Virus genome (UHGV): UHGV-0143060
From: a virus
Direction: 5' to 3' (one strand)
Length of the DNA stretch: 38,372 bases
Shown here: positions 1 through 10,262 of the stretch, one piece after another
Layout: each line of letters begins with the position of its first letter
How positions within the stretch are numbered: position 1 is the first letter of the stretch
The notes under the pieces: generated by a model
The model's database searches: none
Seen by the model: only the letters and a program-made list of their open reading frames with translations
Told to the model about the DNA's origin: nothing
Made by a program: the position numbers and the translations under genes

Positions 1-1128
1 CCATTTGTAAGCGTGGATTTTGTACCTCGTAATAATTGGTTCTATTTTAACATAAAAGCTAATACTAAAAAAGAAAGCCTTTTATCTTCTACTGATTTAA
101 CAACAGCTTTGTTGGCGGCTTTTACTAAAATAACAACTGTAGTTAATGAGATTAACCATTTTTGCCCATTAGATGTGTCAGTTGTTATCCCTGTTCATAA
201 TCGTGAAAAACTTATTCTTAAATGCATTAACTCACTTAATAACCAAACAATTAATAAGGATCGCTTTGAGGTTATTTTTGTCGATGATTGTTCAAGTGAC
301 AAAAGCATTACTGCTATAGAATATAATATATCACCGGATATTAACTACAGAATTATTCGCCGAGAAATTGGTTCAGGTAACGCTTCAACCCCGAGAAATG
401 AGGGGATAAAAGCAGCAAAAGGACGTTATATTTTCTTCATGGATTCCGATGACTATATTGACGAAACTCTTCTTGAGAGAGGGGTTCATATTGCTGATAA
501 AAATAATAGTGATATTGTTTACTTCAAAATTGCATCAGATGGTAATCGCGAGGTGCCTATCCGTCCATACAAGGTGAAAATTGTAGATAAGGCAGATATA
601 ACCAAGCATCACCTCTTGCGGTCGTTAACTATTTTCAAATTCTTCCGAAGAAATATGCTTAAAGAGCATAACATTCTCTTCAACCCAGCTATCACCGTAG
701 CTGAAGATAAAATATTTATGGTTCAATCTCTATCTGTAGCAAACAATATATCTATTCTTGCTGACAAAGATTATTATCATTTAACATTCCATGGTAATGG
801 TCATTTATCAAGGCAAAAATTTCCTCTTGAAGATAGACACTTCATTCTTAACTCGGTTATTAACACGATTTACTTTTGCGGAAAAACTAACGAAGAAAAG
901 GCCAAGCTTTACAATGCGTGGCTGGTGATATGCCTTGAAATGATGGAAAAGGTATGTGGTAAAGCAGGTGGCAACGAGCAAAAGAAAAGGATGTTCTTTA
1001 ACATGCTCTCAACCACTTTCAACATCCGCTCAGATTTAGTAAATCAGGATATGATTTATACCCCTCAGCGTAAGTTCATCAAACCTTTTTTACAAAATAA
1101 TTATGAAGGTTTTATAGCTGAAATTTAA
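1..1128 (+). CDS. Family 2 glycosyltransferase (cargo/moron); frame is open to the window edge so the 5' end may be incomplete
   Basis: GT2 signature VVIPVHNREKLILKCINSLNNQT...FEVIFVDDCSSDKS and DXD-like FFMDSDDYIDE; visibly AT-rich; no stop between position 1 and the GTG at 13; about 55 codons precede the GT2 core. Confidence 0.7.
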   Translation, partial: PFVSVDFVPRNNWFYFNIKANTKKESLLSSTDLTTALLAAFTKITTVVNEINHFCPLDVSVVIPVHNREKLILKCINSLNNQTINKDRFEVIFVDDCSSDKSITAIEYNISPDINYRIIRREIGSGNASTPRNEGIKAAKGRYIFFMDSDDYIDETLLERGVHIADKNNSDIVYFKIASDGNREVPIRPYKVKIVDKADITKHHLLRSLTIFKFFRRNMLKEHNILFNPAITVAEDKIFMVQSLSVANNISILADKDYYHLTFHGNGHLSRQKFPLEDRHFILNSVINTIYFCGKTNEEKAKLYNAWLVICLEMMEKVCGKAGGNEQKKRMFFNMLSTTFNIRSDLVNQDMIYTPQRKFIKPFLQNNYEGFIAEI

Positions 1129-1134
1129 AACATT

Positions 1135-1153
1135 GCCCAGCATGTAGCTGGGC
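1135..1153. terminator. Inverted-repeat hairpin between convergent GT2 gene and tailspike (possible bidirectional terminator, weak T-tracts)
   Basis: GCCCAGC-ATGTA-GCTGGGC perfect 7-bp stem seen in sequence. Confidence 0.35.
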
Positions 1154-1174
1154 ATACATTAAAAGTACCACATA

Positions 1175-3820
1175 TCAACCATTTAGTGTTAACTTTAATA
1201 ATTTTTCCAGATTATTAATCTTTGATGTGATATTGGCAATATCCTGCTCATGGTGATGATATAATGCGCTCATTGCCAGAAACATTAACTCGTCATAGCG
1301 CACTGATAATTTTCTTCCTGATTCCACAATTAACCTTACTTCACCAGTTTCATACTCTTCTTCCTCTGTGATTTCATCATACTGACCAGACTCTTCATCA
1401 ATTAAAATTTTTCTGGTCACATTTCTTGTTGCATAGACTTTCTCATACTCATCATCCCACTCTTCATAGCAAAGAACCCCATAAGAAAATGCATCAAGCC
1501 CCTCAGATTCAAAGATGGATTGTATATCTTGCGCAATTACACCGATATGCTCACGCGCTGACAAGCCTTTTTCTTTTACAGCATCCTTCATTCTGAATTT
1601 TTTTATCAGCGGGTAAATAGCCATTCCAACCCGTAGTTCTGCATCAGATAATGAAGCTTCATCCTGCTTGTAATTTCTGTCGCTGGTTACAATGGGGCTA
1701 TTATTTATATACAGGTTTCTGACAGTATTCGACTGTGTACCAATATCATAAAGATTTGAACCTGATGGTCGAAAATGACCTAATTCTGTTAATACCCATC
1801 TGTCACGCAAGCCGTCAATCTCTCCCATGGTTCCAAAGTAGAAAGCAACCGGGATATTGTCTCCGGAAGGATTACCTCTTGTGACGCATTTAATGTGTGC
1901 GCATTGCACAGCCTTACTACCTGTATCACCGGCCCATACATGAGTACCCAATACATCCCCTGTCTGCAGAGCTCCAAAATTATCAGTTGATACAACACCA
2001 GAGCGAGACTTATACATTATTGCTCTTGGTCCTTCTGCGGTGTCTGACTGATGCCGGGAAACCCATGAGTTGCTCATCCCTTCCGTGCCGTTTGAAGCTA
2101 ACTGCATTCCACCAGTAATTCCGCCATCAAGAAACAATATAGGGTTATCCCGGTTAGTTTGAATACCCTTTCTTGTTGGCCAAACTGTCCAGTGAAAAGT
2201 ATCATTGTATTCCCTTACTCCATATTTGAACTCCGGGGAGCCAGAACTATGAAGACCAGTATTACTGGATACAGAACGGCTTGCTTTGCTTTGCACTACC
2301 GAACCAGACCTGCCTATATCAAACAGATATACATTTTTCCCGTTCTCAGCAACTCCTTTATATGTGCATATTCCCAGCGTTAAAACATACCCACTCTCCG
2401 TTCTAATTACTGTTAGGGACTCAGGCTCTTTATAAACAGGAGTTCCTGTACTGTCAGATTTTGCTTCATCATCACCAACAGTTGAAATATCTACTCGCTC
2501 AATAAACCTGCCTGTTAAGTCAAATACGTAAATATAATTAGTCATGCCAACATACGTATGTGACTCAAGTATGTAAATGTATGCCCCATCGCAAGCAATT
2601 GATTGGGTAAATGCTTCTTGTGATGGTTTTTGATAGCTAAACTCAACTAAATAATCATCACTATAATCAGTTTTATGAGATCTGTTATTCCACATGCTGA
2701 CTATGTCGAAAACACGAACCGTGCAGGTAATTCCATCCGATGAAATTTTCTTGGCAAGTAGATAGTTTTCACAACTTGATACAGTTGGAGTAGAGCTTGC
2801 GCTCATTCCATCATAGGGGAACAACTTCCAGGTGATAAAACCTTCAGATACCCCGTTGGTTGTCCCTGTGTAACTCAATATATTTTCCATCGAAATACAT
2901 TGATTGGCGGCATCGGTTCCATAAGGCTTCGATGTCCACAGCACGACAGTACCATCAGGATTATGATGCAATCCAAGCCCCTGATGCCCAAGTTCAGTAG
3001 AACGGGTTCTGTCGTATCTTCCTAGTTCACCAGAATTCGTCACGTCAAAGGCATTAATGCAATAACCGTATGCTGTGGTAGATGATAAAGTAAAAATCTT
3101 GTCGTTAATTTCATCATAACAACACCCCTGAATGACCGCATATAAACCACCCGCACCTTCAGTTCTGCGCAACGTGTGTCTGGTGTTATATACTTTTGGC
3201 ATTCCGGAAAATATCAATGGCTCTCTTTTATCTCTTAATTTAAGATCACCAATCGCAATTCGTTTACTGCCATCACGAATAAAAGAACCATTTATATAGC
3301 TATTTTCAATAAAACTTTTAGTAACAAAAAATGCTCTTCCACTTAAATCAATAACCCTATTTTTTATATCCATTTCCAACGCGACAAATGCTTCAGTATC
3401 ATCGCTAATCCCATCCCCCTTAGCTCCAAAATAAAGAGGAGACATATTTAGCATATCATTTGATAATACTTTTTGTTTAAACTGATCCGGGTCATACTTC
3501 AGCACATTAGGAAAATAGAACTGCTGTGCACCATACGCATCATAAACAGCCATAGAATGGCCTTGCACGGTAACGAATTTGGCAATCTGTCCGTTATATA
3601 CTGGATACCCTGCGGCATTGATGACGATTGGCTGTGCAACATGAACGTGAGAACCATCTTCGTTCTCTACATAAACCTGAATCTGGTTTTCAGGATTTAC
3701 CGGGTCAGTGTCAATTTTACCGATATAAATTTTGCCATTGGCTACGGCTTTAAAAGAGCGGGCCATAGTGAAGAGTTGCGAAGGCATACTCACTACAACA
3801 TTGGCTGTAATGTCTGTCAT
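1175..3820 (-). CDS. Tailspike: P22 gp9-like head-binding N-terminus, beta-helix/pectate-lyase-like receptor-degrading body, C-terminal S74-type intramolecular chaperone domain
   Basis: First ~110 aa ([34 protein letters not shown]...) match P22 gp9 as recalled; [16 protein letters not shown] motif; C-terminal SDAELR...GVIAQDIQ resembles endosialidase-type chaperone domains. Confidence 0.85.
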   Translation of the reverse strand: MTDITANVVVSMPSQLFTMARSFKAVANGKIYIGKIDTDPVNPENQIQVYVENEDGSHVHVAQPIVINAAGYPVYNGQIAKFVTVQGHSMAVYDAYGAQQFYFPNVLKYDPDQFKQKVLSNDMLNMSPLYFGAKGDGISDDTEAFVALEMDIKNRVIDLSGRAFFVTKSFIENSYINGSFIRDGSKRIAIGDLKLRDKREPLIFSGMPKVYNTRHTLRRTEGAGGLYAVIQGCCYDEINDKIFTLSSTTAYGYCINAFDVTNSGELGRYDRTRSTELGHQGLGLHHNPDGTVVLWTSKPYGTDAANQCISMENILSYTGTTNGVSEGFITWKLFPYDGMSASSTPTVSSCENYLLAKKISSDGITCTVRVFDIVSMWNNRSHKTDYSDDYLVEFSYQKPSQEAFTQSIACDGAYIYILESHTYVGMTNYIYVFDLTGRFIERVDISTVGDDEAKSDSTGTPVYKEPESLTVIRTESGYVLTLGICTYKGVAENGKNVYLFDIGRSGSVVQSKASRSVSSNTGLHSSGSPEFKYGVREYNDTFHWTVWPTRKGIQTNRDNPILFLDGGITGGMQLASNGTEGMSNSWVSRHQSDTAEGPRAIMYKSRSGVVSTDNFGALQTGDVLGTHVWAGDTGSKAVQCAHIKCVTRGNPSGDNIPVAFYFGTMGEIDGLRDRWVLTELGHFRPSGSNLYDIGTQSNTVRNLYINNSPIVTSDRNYKQDEASLSDAELRVGMAIYPLIKKFRMKDAVKEKGLSAREHIGVIAQDIQSIFESEGLDAFSYGVLCYEEWDDEYEKVYATRNVTRKILIDEESGQYDEITEEEEYETGEVRLIVESGRKLSVRYDELMFLAMSALYHHHEQDIANITSKINNLEKLLKLTLNG

Positions 3821-3877
3821 TTAATTTGCTCCAGATACAAGGAATCGCCGCAGCATGGCTACGGTGAATTTTGGGCA

Positions 3878-3902
3878 TAAAAAAACCCAGCCGAAGCTGG
3901 GT
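3878..3902 (-). terminator. Rho-independent terminator downstream of ant
   Basis: ACCCAGC-CGAA-GCTGGGT hairpin followed by a T-run on the minus strand. Confidence 0.6.
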
Positions 3903-3920
3903 CGTTGCGTTGGTTATCTG

Positions 3921-4823
3921 TCAGTAGTTATGTACTGAAGGAGGTAATTCTTTATTCTTAAGTCTCATCCATGCGGAAAGATTCGTTGGTCCGTCTGGCT
4001 CATTGATATCAACATCTCGTGAGTGATTGATTAAAACGTCTCTCGCTATATCGATAATACGGGAGAACTCATAACCGCAGTCATGACATCTGCCGGAATA
4101 GTTCGATTGAATTTGTTTCAGCGCCGGATACAGTTCGCGGAATAATGCCTGTGAGCGGTTGGCATAATCCCATAGCCATACAAGGCTGTTTGCTTCTTTT
4201 GCAGAAAGCTCGTTGGTTTTCTTCTCTTGTTTGCCGATGAACTCACCTTCAAGCACTACCCTGTGGATGTACTCTACGGCTTGCGGTATCTGAGATGCAT
4301 CAAGCTCTTCAATACTTTCCACATTGAAACGCTGATGAATCATTGCATAAGCTTCTGGGTACATTAGATGCTTTTTGCTGACTAGCATATTTACAGCATC
4401 ACGAAGCGGAGTCCTGTCATCAACAGATGTTTTCTTACGTGCATTTTCTGCCTTTCCCTTTGTCCAGTAGTCATGCAGTACAGTAAAGCATTCTTCCTGG
4501 TACTGAATCAGTTTATCGCGGATGTCAGCTCGAACTTTCTCAGGGTTGATGCTGAACAGCCATCCATTTAACTTCTTCAAAGGAAGGCAGAGTAGCTTAC
4601 GAAGCTTCCCATCAGCGGCAACCATATTCATATGAATACAGTTGAACTTATCTAGTTGTTTCATAAGTTTTTGTTGCTGAGTACCCCAACTCATTCCAAG
4701 GTTTTCAACGATTGGCTTCATCGCAACGTATGCAACTCCGGCAGCCATGGCGGTGATAATTTGCTGACCGTTGAATGGTACGTAAGAGGTGTTCACTGCT
4801 TCTAAAATTGCTATACTATTCAT
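3921..4823 (-). CDS. ant: Antirepressor Ant (immI)
   Basis: [21 protein letters not shown]... resembles P22 Ant; ATG at 4823 has a GGAGA RBS and gives 300 aa; the tabulated ORF starts at an upstream TTG. Confidence 0.8.
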   Translation of the reverse strand: MNSIAILEAVNTSYVPFNGQQIITAMAAGVAYVAMKPIVENLGMSWGTQQQKLMKQLDKFNCIHMNMVAADGKLRKLLCLPLKKLNGWLFSINPEKVRADIRDKLIQYQEECFTVLHDYWTKGKAENARKKTSVDDRTPLRDAVNMLVSKKHLMYPEAYAMIHQRFNVESIEELDASQIPQAVEYIHRVVLEGEFIGKQEKKTNELSAKEANSLVWLWDYANRSQALFRELYPALKQIQSNYSGRCHDCGYEFSRIIDIARDVLINHSRDVDINEPDGPTNLSAWMRLKNKELPPSVHNY

Positions 4824-4891
4824 GTTGGTTTTTCTCCACGGATTTACTGACAACCGAAGCCCTGACTGTTCCCGCAGTTGGGGCTTCCACT

Positions 4892-5053
4892 TTACGCGCC
4901 AATGCGCCCTTCCTTCTTAAAGCTTTCCATTACTCTCTGATAAATCTCAGAGTTAACAGACCGACCATTCTCTTCCGCCACCTTGCGTACCAAATCCAAT
5001 GCTTCTTTAGGCCACCGCAAATTGAACTGCGGCATCTTGCTCATTCCTTTCAT
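4892..5053 (-). CDS. arc: Arc repressor (53 aa)
   Basis: [53 protein letters not shown] matches P22 Arc nearly exactly; true start is internal to the tabulated ORF. Confidence 0.9.
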   Translation of the reverse strand: MKGMSKMPQFNLRWPKEALDLVRKVAEENGRSVNSEIYQRVMESFKKEGRIGA

Positions 5054-5067
5054 ATTCACCTCACAAT

Positions 5068-5088
5068 ATAGGTCCACCGTGGACCTAT
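5068..5088. promoter_or_regulatory. Mnt operator (perfect palindrome) in the Pant/Pmnt divergent promoter region
   Basis: ATAGGTCCACCGTGGACCTAT perfect 21-bp palindrome between arc and mnt. Confidence 0.7.
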
Positions 5089-5095
5089 TGAGAAT

Positions 5096-5116
5096 ATAGT
5101 AGAGTGCTTCTATCAT
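5096..5116. promoter_or_regulatory. Arc operator in the Pant/Pmnt region
   Basis: ATAGTAGAGTGCTTCTATCAT with symmetric TAGA/TCTA half-sites. Confidence 0.6.
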
Positions 5117-5143
5117 GTCAATACACTAACTTGGAGTGATGGC

Positions 5144-5395
5144 ATGGCTAGAGATGATCCGCACTTTAACTTCCGTATGCCTATGGAAGTAAGGGAGAAA
5201 TTAAAATTCAGGGCGGAGGCGAATGGGAGATCAATGAACTCCGAGTTGTTACAAATCGTCCAAGATGCTCTATCAAAACCATCGCCTGTGACTGGATATC
5301 GTGACGATGCAGAACGACTCGCTGATGAGCAGTCAGATCTTGTTAAGAAGATGGTGTTTGATACGCTGAAGGATTTGTACAAAAAACCCACCTGA
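5144..5395 (+). CDS. mnt: Mnt repressor (83 aa)
   Basis: MARDDPHFNFRMPMEVREKLKFRAEANGRSMNSELLQIVQDAL... matches P22 Mnt. Confidence 0.9.
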   Translation: MARDDPHFNFRMPMEVREKLKFRAEANGRSMNSELLQIVQDALSKPSPVTGYRDDAERLADEQSDLVKKMVFDTLKDLYKKPT

Positions 5396-5410
5396 CGGTG
5401 GGTTTTATTA
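5380..5410. terminator. Bidirectional rho-independent terminator (mnt on +, moron operon on -)
   Basis: ACCCACC-TGAC-GGTGGGT hairpin flanked by an A-run upstream and a T-run downstream. Confidence 0.65.
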
Positions 5411-5827
5411 GTGCTTGTATAGGTTGAACTCTCTATCAAGCCATATAACAAAAAATGTCGATCCAAGACGATAACCAACCATGGCTTTCAAATCATCAAA
5501 TCTAAAAGCCAAGAAATGATCTACGTCTTCCGTTATATGACTGGGGATACCTGCTTTAATTGCACCCCTTGCAATCTTCTCAAATCCAAGCTTATGCCTA
5601 CCTTGCTGCTTAATCTCTGCCCATGTTAGTTGACTTAATCTGTATAATTTATCAGCTAAGCCAGCTTTCTCATCTTTTTGGCATTTCGTTATGCAGTGAG
5701 AGCTTTGGATGTAACAGAATGAAAATTTCGGTTTCTTTTGATCTGAATTCCCCCCTGACTGCGGCCCTAACTTTAACTTACCTGTAGATTCAGCAGGGGG
5801 GATAATCCTTTTAGATTTTCTTGCCAT
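5408..5827 (-). CDS. Uncharacterised 139-aa protein coupled to the Panacea-domain gene; candidate toxin partner (PanT-like)
   Basis: ATG at 5827 lies 4 nt after the upstream stop; K/R-rich N-terminus, CYIQSSHCITKC cluster, C-terminus GYRLGSTFFVIWLDREFNLYKH; AT-rich. The tabulated ORF begins at 5902 and would overlap the upstream gene. Confidence 0.55.
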   Translation of the reverse strand: MARKSKRIIPPAESTGKLKLGPQSGGNSDQKKPKFSFCYIQSSHCITKCQKDEKAGLADKLYRLSQLTWAEIKQQGRHKLGFEKIARGAIKAGIPSHITEDVDHFLAFRFDDLKAMVGYRLGSTFFVIWLDREFNLYKH

Positions 5828-5831
5828 CTCG

Positions 5832-6275
5832 TTAGTTAATCCGAGTTGCAAAGTACTCTGCCATCTCCTTAGAGCTAATTTCAGAACCACCAACACCCTC
5901 AATATAGTTTGATCTCCATGGTGACTCTTCGTGTGTCATGTTCCTCAGTTTCCAAGCAGAAAATTGCCCAAAAACATCCCAGACTTCTTCTAATAGCTCT
6001 AACTGTTCTTCGCTGAATTTTTCAGCATCAAAAGACTCTGGAGAAGGGATAGCGCCATTACCATATTGTTTATAACGGCGATAAAGCTCAGGGACAACAG
6101 GGCCATGCATCCAAGCTTCCATCTTATTCTGAAAAAGAGGCTCGCCAAGCAACGCCAATGAAAAACCCTGAGCATAGTAAACAAGCTTTTGTAATTTTAA
6201 ATTAGAGATTGTGTCACCGCTATCCTCGTCACACCGCGACAGGAAGTAGTCGGCGACATCAAAACAAGTAAGCAT
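5832..6275 (-). CDS. Panacea-domain (DUF4065, SocA/PanA-like) protein, putative antitoxin
   Basis: DVADYFL...NLKLQKLVYYAQGFSLALLGEPLFQNKMEAWMHGPVVPELYRRY matches the Panacea core as recalled; GGAGG RBS 7 nt before the ATG at 6275. Confidence 0.7.
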   Translation of the reverse strand: MLTCFDVADYFLSRCDEDSGDTISNLKLQKLVYYAQGFSLALLGEPLFQNKMEAWMHGPVVPELYRRYKQYGNGAIPSPESFDAEKFSEEQLELLEEVWDVFGQFSAWKLRNMTHEESPWRSNYIEGVGGSEISSKEMAEYFATRIN

Positions 6276-6485
6276 GAACACACCTCCATCTTGATAGCCA
6301 CAGCTAAGTATCCAACTATGTCAAATGTCATTTAATACTATAACAAAGCTATCAGCAATCCTTCGGAGGCTAACTTACAACCACTTTAGCGACATGTTTA
6401 AACCATTACGTTTCACATTTACTGCATTTTCGCCGAAGTTACCTATAAGGTAATGTCACATTTCCTGCAAGTTTCATGCAATGTT

Positions 6486-6508
6486 GAAAAGTGAGCTATT
6501 CACTTTTC
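6486..6508. other. Perfect 9-bp-stem inverted repeat in the divergent intergenic region
   Basis: GAAAAGTGA-GCTAT-TCACTTTTC; no flanking T-run. Confidence 0.4.
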
Positions 6509-6649
6509 TATGACACCAAACACCAAAAATAGCACTTTTTGCTAAATCATTCGTCCAAGTTGTGGATGGTTTGTCGTTGACACGTTTTCACACACCACTC
6601 CACCAATAAAGTATCATCTGGTATCCTGCGAAAAACTAAGGAGGTTGGT

Positions 6650-6979
6650 GTGTTAGAAATAGTAGTACTCGCTCTTGGGATATCCTGTTGCGTACTATAT
6701 GCAGGGTTAGCTGCCCTCAAGAAACAGGTTAAGGAATTAGATCGCTCACATGAAATTGATACAAAAATTGCGCGATTAACTGAAGAGAATAAACACTTAA
6801 AAAATTCCATAAGGGCACTAACTGATGACAACTACAAACTGTCCCATGCATTGGCTAAGTGGGAAATAGTAAGTTATGAAAGAATGACCGACATGATTTT
6901 TTCGTCTTATATGGCTACAAAATCTCCTGAAACATCAGGAAAAGCAATAATTGCAGCCATTGAAAAGAGAATTAAATAG
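6650..6979 (+). CDS. Membrane-anchored coiled-coil protein (moron; function unknown)
   Basis: AAGGAGG RBS then GTG; hydrophobic N-terminal helix LEIVVLALGISCCVLYAGLAAL followed by a heptad-like charged region; transcribed against the late operon. Confidence 0.55.
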   Translation: MLEIVVLALGISCCVLYAGLAALKKQVKELDRSHEIDTKIARLTEENKHLKNSIRALTDDNYKLSHALAKWEIVSYERMTDMIFSSYMATKSPETSGKAIIAAIEKRIK

Positions 6980-6998
6980 CCTTCCTTGGCGTTCATTT

Positions 6999-8840
6999 CT
7001 ACTGCCTGGTAGCTTCGTTAGTTAGGAGAGGGCGAACGGCGTTAGCAGCCTGATTTAACGCTCGCTCATATGCCGGAGTTCCAGGCTTGACGTTTGCAAG
7101 GCGGAGAAGCATGTTTCTTGCTGCTTTGGACTCATACAAGCGCATCATTGCACCAAAACCAGCCTCAAGCCCCATTGATACGCCAAGGGTCGCAGTTGCG
7201 CCAATCGTCCTTATCCTGTTGGCTTGCGATTGCCCCGTCTGAGTTACTACATTTGCGGTGTCTGACCTTGCTGTTTGCTGTAGAACTTCATGAAGAGCAT
7301 CAAGCTCTTTCATGTGCTTTCCAGAAAAAATAGTGTTGTAAATTTCACCGCCTGACTGAGATTTCAGCTTATTAACTTCAGTGATGAACTTGGCTGGAGA
7401 GTCCCCGGCCTTTTCCGCTATTTTGCTGACGTAAGCTGCACGCATAGCATCTTTCCCCTTATCATCCAGTGCGCTCCAGATTCGTTTCACGTCAGATGGT
7501 TTTCTGCTTAATACAACGGTATTTATAAGTTCAGGACTGGCTTCACTGCTTGCCTTGTTGAGCTTGTTGGCAATGTTTTTATTAAGCACCTTATTATAAA
7601 CGTTTGCATAATCGGAATTTGCTTTAAGGTATTTTGCTGCGTCTGACGCACCGAGGTTTTTTGCAACTGCGTTACGAAGGTCTTTTGACATTGCATTCTC
7701 TACCATATTGGTAGCTGCTTTTGCCTGGTTGGGGAAGACCATAGCATCTCCCTGAACATTAGATCTAAATGCTGTTCTGTGCTGACGCAAGAGATCAAAC
7801 GTAACATCCAAATCAGTTGCAGGGTTTGCTAATTCTTCACGTAGGTTACGCAAGGATGTAAGCAGGCTTTGATTGGCAGACGTCCCAAGCCGTTCCTGTC
7901 TTGCGATCGCTGTATTCAGAGCATTCATGGTATTTGTGGTATCAACTGCGGCATTACCCATTTTATTGGTGACGTCATTGATAACAGCGCCAGCGGCATC
8001 CTTCCGCCCCCTTAACGTGGTGGTCAGAGATTTCACCACATCATCAGGGTTGTACTCACCAAAACGGTCAAAATAATTGCTTACCAGCTTACTACGCGTT
8101 GCATATTGCTCCGCTCGCTTTGAGCCTGTCCCGAGCAAAGCCCCCTCGGCATCCTGAGTAAGGCCGCGAGTGAAAGCATTTTTCGGCGGGATAACATCAG
8201 ATGTCATTGGTGTCACGCCCATCGATTCTGATGTGGCAATTTTCTTCGCTACTTCTGGCGCAATATCACCTTTTATAGCCGTTATTCCACGCCCTATTCC
8301 CTTTGCTGCTGCGGAAAGAACCCCCTGAGCGGCAAGGTTAACTCCGGCATTTTTTGCTGCATTTTGTGCGAAATCGCCTTTCTGATTTGCGGCCTCTGCC
8401 AGTGATCCAATAGCCATGCTTCCTGCCGTTCCAACTCCTGGAACTAAATACCCGCCAATTGTTTCTCCAGTTTGCGCATAAGGGTCTGTCGGTCGATCGA
8501 CTGGACGATAGACATCATCCAATACTTTTGGACCACCAAGCCCCTGACTGATTGCATTAATCAGACTTGCGCCACCCTGCAATACGTCAAATGGTATGTT
8601 TACCAGACCACGACCAGCCTGTTCTGCAATTTGCCCTGCACTTTGACCACCAGTGAGCCAATCGCCAGCTTGTTGCATCAATGATGGTTCTTCACGTGCT
8701 GGTTCATTGCTATCCTGGCTGACAGTTTGTTGCTGAACAGACTGTCCAGCAAAATACTCATCAATGGCAGATCCAATATCTTCCGTGCTCGTACCATCAG
8801 GGAAGGTAAATGTCTTACCGTTTGCAGTTACTTTCATCAT
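6999..8840 (-). CDS. Ejection protein, P22 gp16-like
   Basis: 613 aa in the P22 gene-16 position; stop/start overlap with upstream gene. Confidence 0.75.
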   Translation of the reverse strand: MMKVTANGKTFTFPDGTSTEDIGSAIDEYFAGQSVQQQTVSQDSNEPAREEPSLMQQAGDWLTGGQSAGQIAEQAGRGLVNIPFDVLQGGASLINAISQGLGGPKVLDDVYRPVDRPTDPYAQTGETIGGYLVPGVGTAGSMAIGSLAEAANQKGDFAQNAAKNAGVNLAAQGVLSAAAKGIGRGITAIKGDIAPEVAKKIATSESMGVTPMTSDVIPPKNAFTRGLTQDAEGALLGTGSKRAEQYATRSKLVSNYFDRFGEYNPDDVVKSLTTTLRGRKDAAGAVINDVTNKMGNAAVDTTNTMNALNTAIARQERLGTSANQSLLTSLRNLREELANPATDLDVTFDLLRQHRTAFRSNVQGDAMVFPNQAKAATNMVENAMSKDLRNAVAKNLGASDAAKYLKANSDYANVYNKVLNKNIANKLNKASSEASPELINTVVLSRKPSDVKRIWSALDDKGKDAMRAAYVSKIAEKAGDSPAKFITEVNKLKSQSGGEIYNTIFSGKHMKELDALHEVLQQTARSDTANVVTQTGQSQANRIRTIGATATLGVSMGLEAGFGAMMRLYESKAARNMLLRLANVKPGTPAYERALNQAANAVRPLLTNEATRQ

Positions 8841-10252
8841 TCCACCGTAAATTGAATGCCTGATTTTGAGGTATATGATCCAACCTGATTCGGTGTTTCT
8901 CCTGAAGGTGTCGAATCTTGCGCTGGTGCTGCGTCAGTATTCATTGACATATACCGCTTAACGGCACTCCCCAATGATTCACCTTTTTTAACATCCAACC
9001 CCAATATCTGACCGCCATTACGCGATTGTCCAGGGTTGCCATTCGCGCTCATCCACTCGGCTTTAAACTCATTAAACTGCGCGTTTCGTCGCTCAAGGTT
9101 TGCCATTGCATCAAGCCATCTTGCGACCGTCTCAGGGTTATCCATGTCAGTTGGCGCACCCTGTCGAACGATCTCAACGTCTTTATCCGTTGCTGGGCCG
9201 GGAGGTAGGAATTTAAGAACCTGACTGTTAACAAGGGCATTTTGGCGGATGCGCAAATCACGCAATGTCGTATCGCTTCCGGTAAGTTTTGCGAACATGT
9301 TCTGTGCGTTACCGAACAAACCTGTCGTTGGTTTTTCTGCTCTGAACTGTTGAGCAAGCGCACTCATAGAATTGGCTGAGTTTGATGATGCTGTGGCATT
9401 GTTTACAGCCGTCTCGATGCCTTTTTCCATGTTTACTGACAGCTTAGGTGCTTCACTAATCAACTGCTGAGCCTTTTCCTGCGCTTGCTGCATCTTAAAC
9501 CCGAACTCTTGCTGATCCAGAGCCAAGCGTTGTGCTGCGATATTGTGCCCAGTCATTGCTGACTGATAGGAAAGGTTTTGCCCTCTCGCCTGAAGTGCTT
9601 CACCAGCCTGATTGCTGCGGATTGTCTCTGCCAGCCTGCCTCGGTCAATTTCACGACCAGCCATCTTATCCTGAACAGCAAACGCCTTTTCTGGTCCAAG
9701 CGCACCGAGAGACATAGTAGTCAGCATGTGTGATAGCTGCTCTGGATTCTGGATACCTGTCTGAATCATCCAGTCAGCATTAGCACCAACGCGATTTAAC
9801 CTGTCCTTGTTGTCAGTAATGAATTTACTGTAGGCTTCCGGTCCCTGAGAAAGAGCGACGTTAGCCCTCATGGCTAAATCGCCCATATCGTTGCGTTGCT
9901 GATCATTAAGACCAGAAAACGCCTGTTGTGCCTGTGCAACAAACGCTGGATTTTCCTGGGCAAACTTAAATAGTCCCGATGGATCACCAGAAGCCCATGC
10001 ATCAGCGTGAACCTTATTGAACGCACTAATCGCTTTCTGTTGCTGTTCCTGATTGTAAATATCAGCAACTCCAGCCAGACCACGTAACGCGGTCAGACCA
10101 ACGTTATTTGCACCTGATCGAGCCAGTTCATTGTTTTCGCGGATCAGACCAAGCGTTGCGTTAATGTCGCTTGCTTTTGGCGCATTCTCATTTTGCGCAC
10201 CAATGCCAGCCAGAAAACCACCAGAATTAATACCCTGTTGCCACGTAGCCAT
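8837..10252 (-). CDS. Ejection protein, P22 gp20-like
   Basis: 471 aa, same length and position as P22 gp20. Confidence 0.75.
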   Translation of the reverse strand: MATWQQGINSGGFLAGIGAQNENAPKASDINATLGLIRENNELARSGANNVGLTALRGLAGVADIYNQEQQQKAISAFNKVHADAWASGDPSGLFKFAQENPAFVAQAQQAFSGLNDQQRNDMGDLAMRANVALSQGPEAYSKFITDNKDRLNRVGANADWMIQTGIQNPEQLSHMLTTMSLGALGPEKAFAVQDKMAGREIDRGRLAETIRSNQAGEALQARGQNLSYQSAMTGHNIAAQRLALDQQEFGFKMQQAQEKAQQLISEAPKLSVNMEKGIETAVNNATASSNSANSMSALAQQFRAEKPTTGLFGNAQNMFAKLTGSDTTLRDLRIRQNALVNSQVLKFLPPGPATDKDVEIVRQGAPTDMDNPETVARWLDAMANLERRNAQFNEFKAEWMSANGNPGQSRNGGQILGLDVKKGESLGSAVKRYMSMNTDAAPAQDSTPSGETPNQVGSYTSKSGIQFTVE

Positions 10253-10262
10253 TGATTAACCC

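Noticed and set aside
1175-3820. Calling the tailspike a K1-specific endosialidase
   Set aside because: Only the C-terminal chaperone-like domain resembles endosialidases; the body has a pectate-lyase-like GAKGDG motif, not a sialidase signature, so substrate specificity cannot be assigned from sequence.
5828-5902. Upstream start (5902) for the 164-aa version of the candidate toxin
   Set aside because: It would overlap the Panacea gene by about 70 nt; the internal ATG at 5827, 4 nt after the upstream stop, fits translational coupling better. This remains uncertain.
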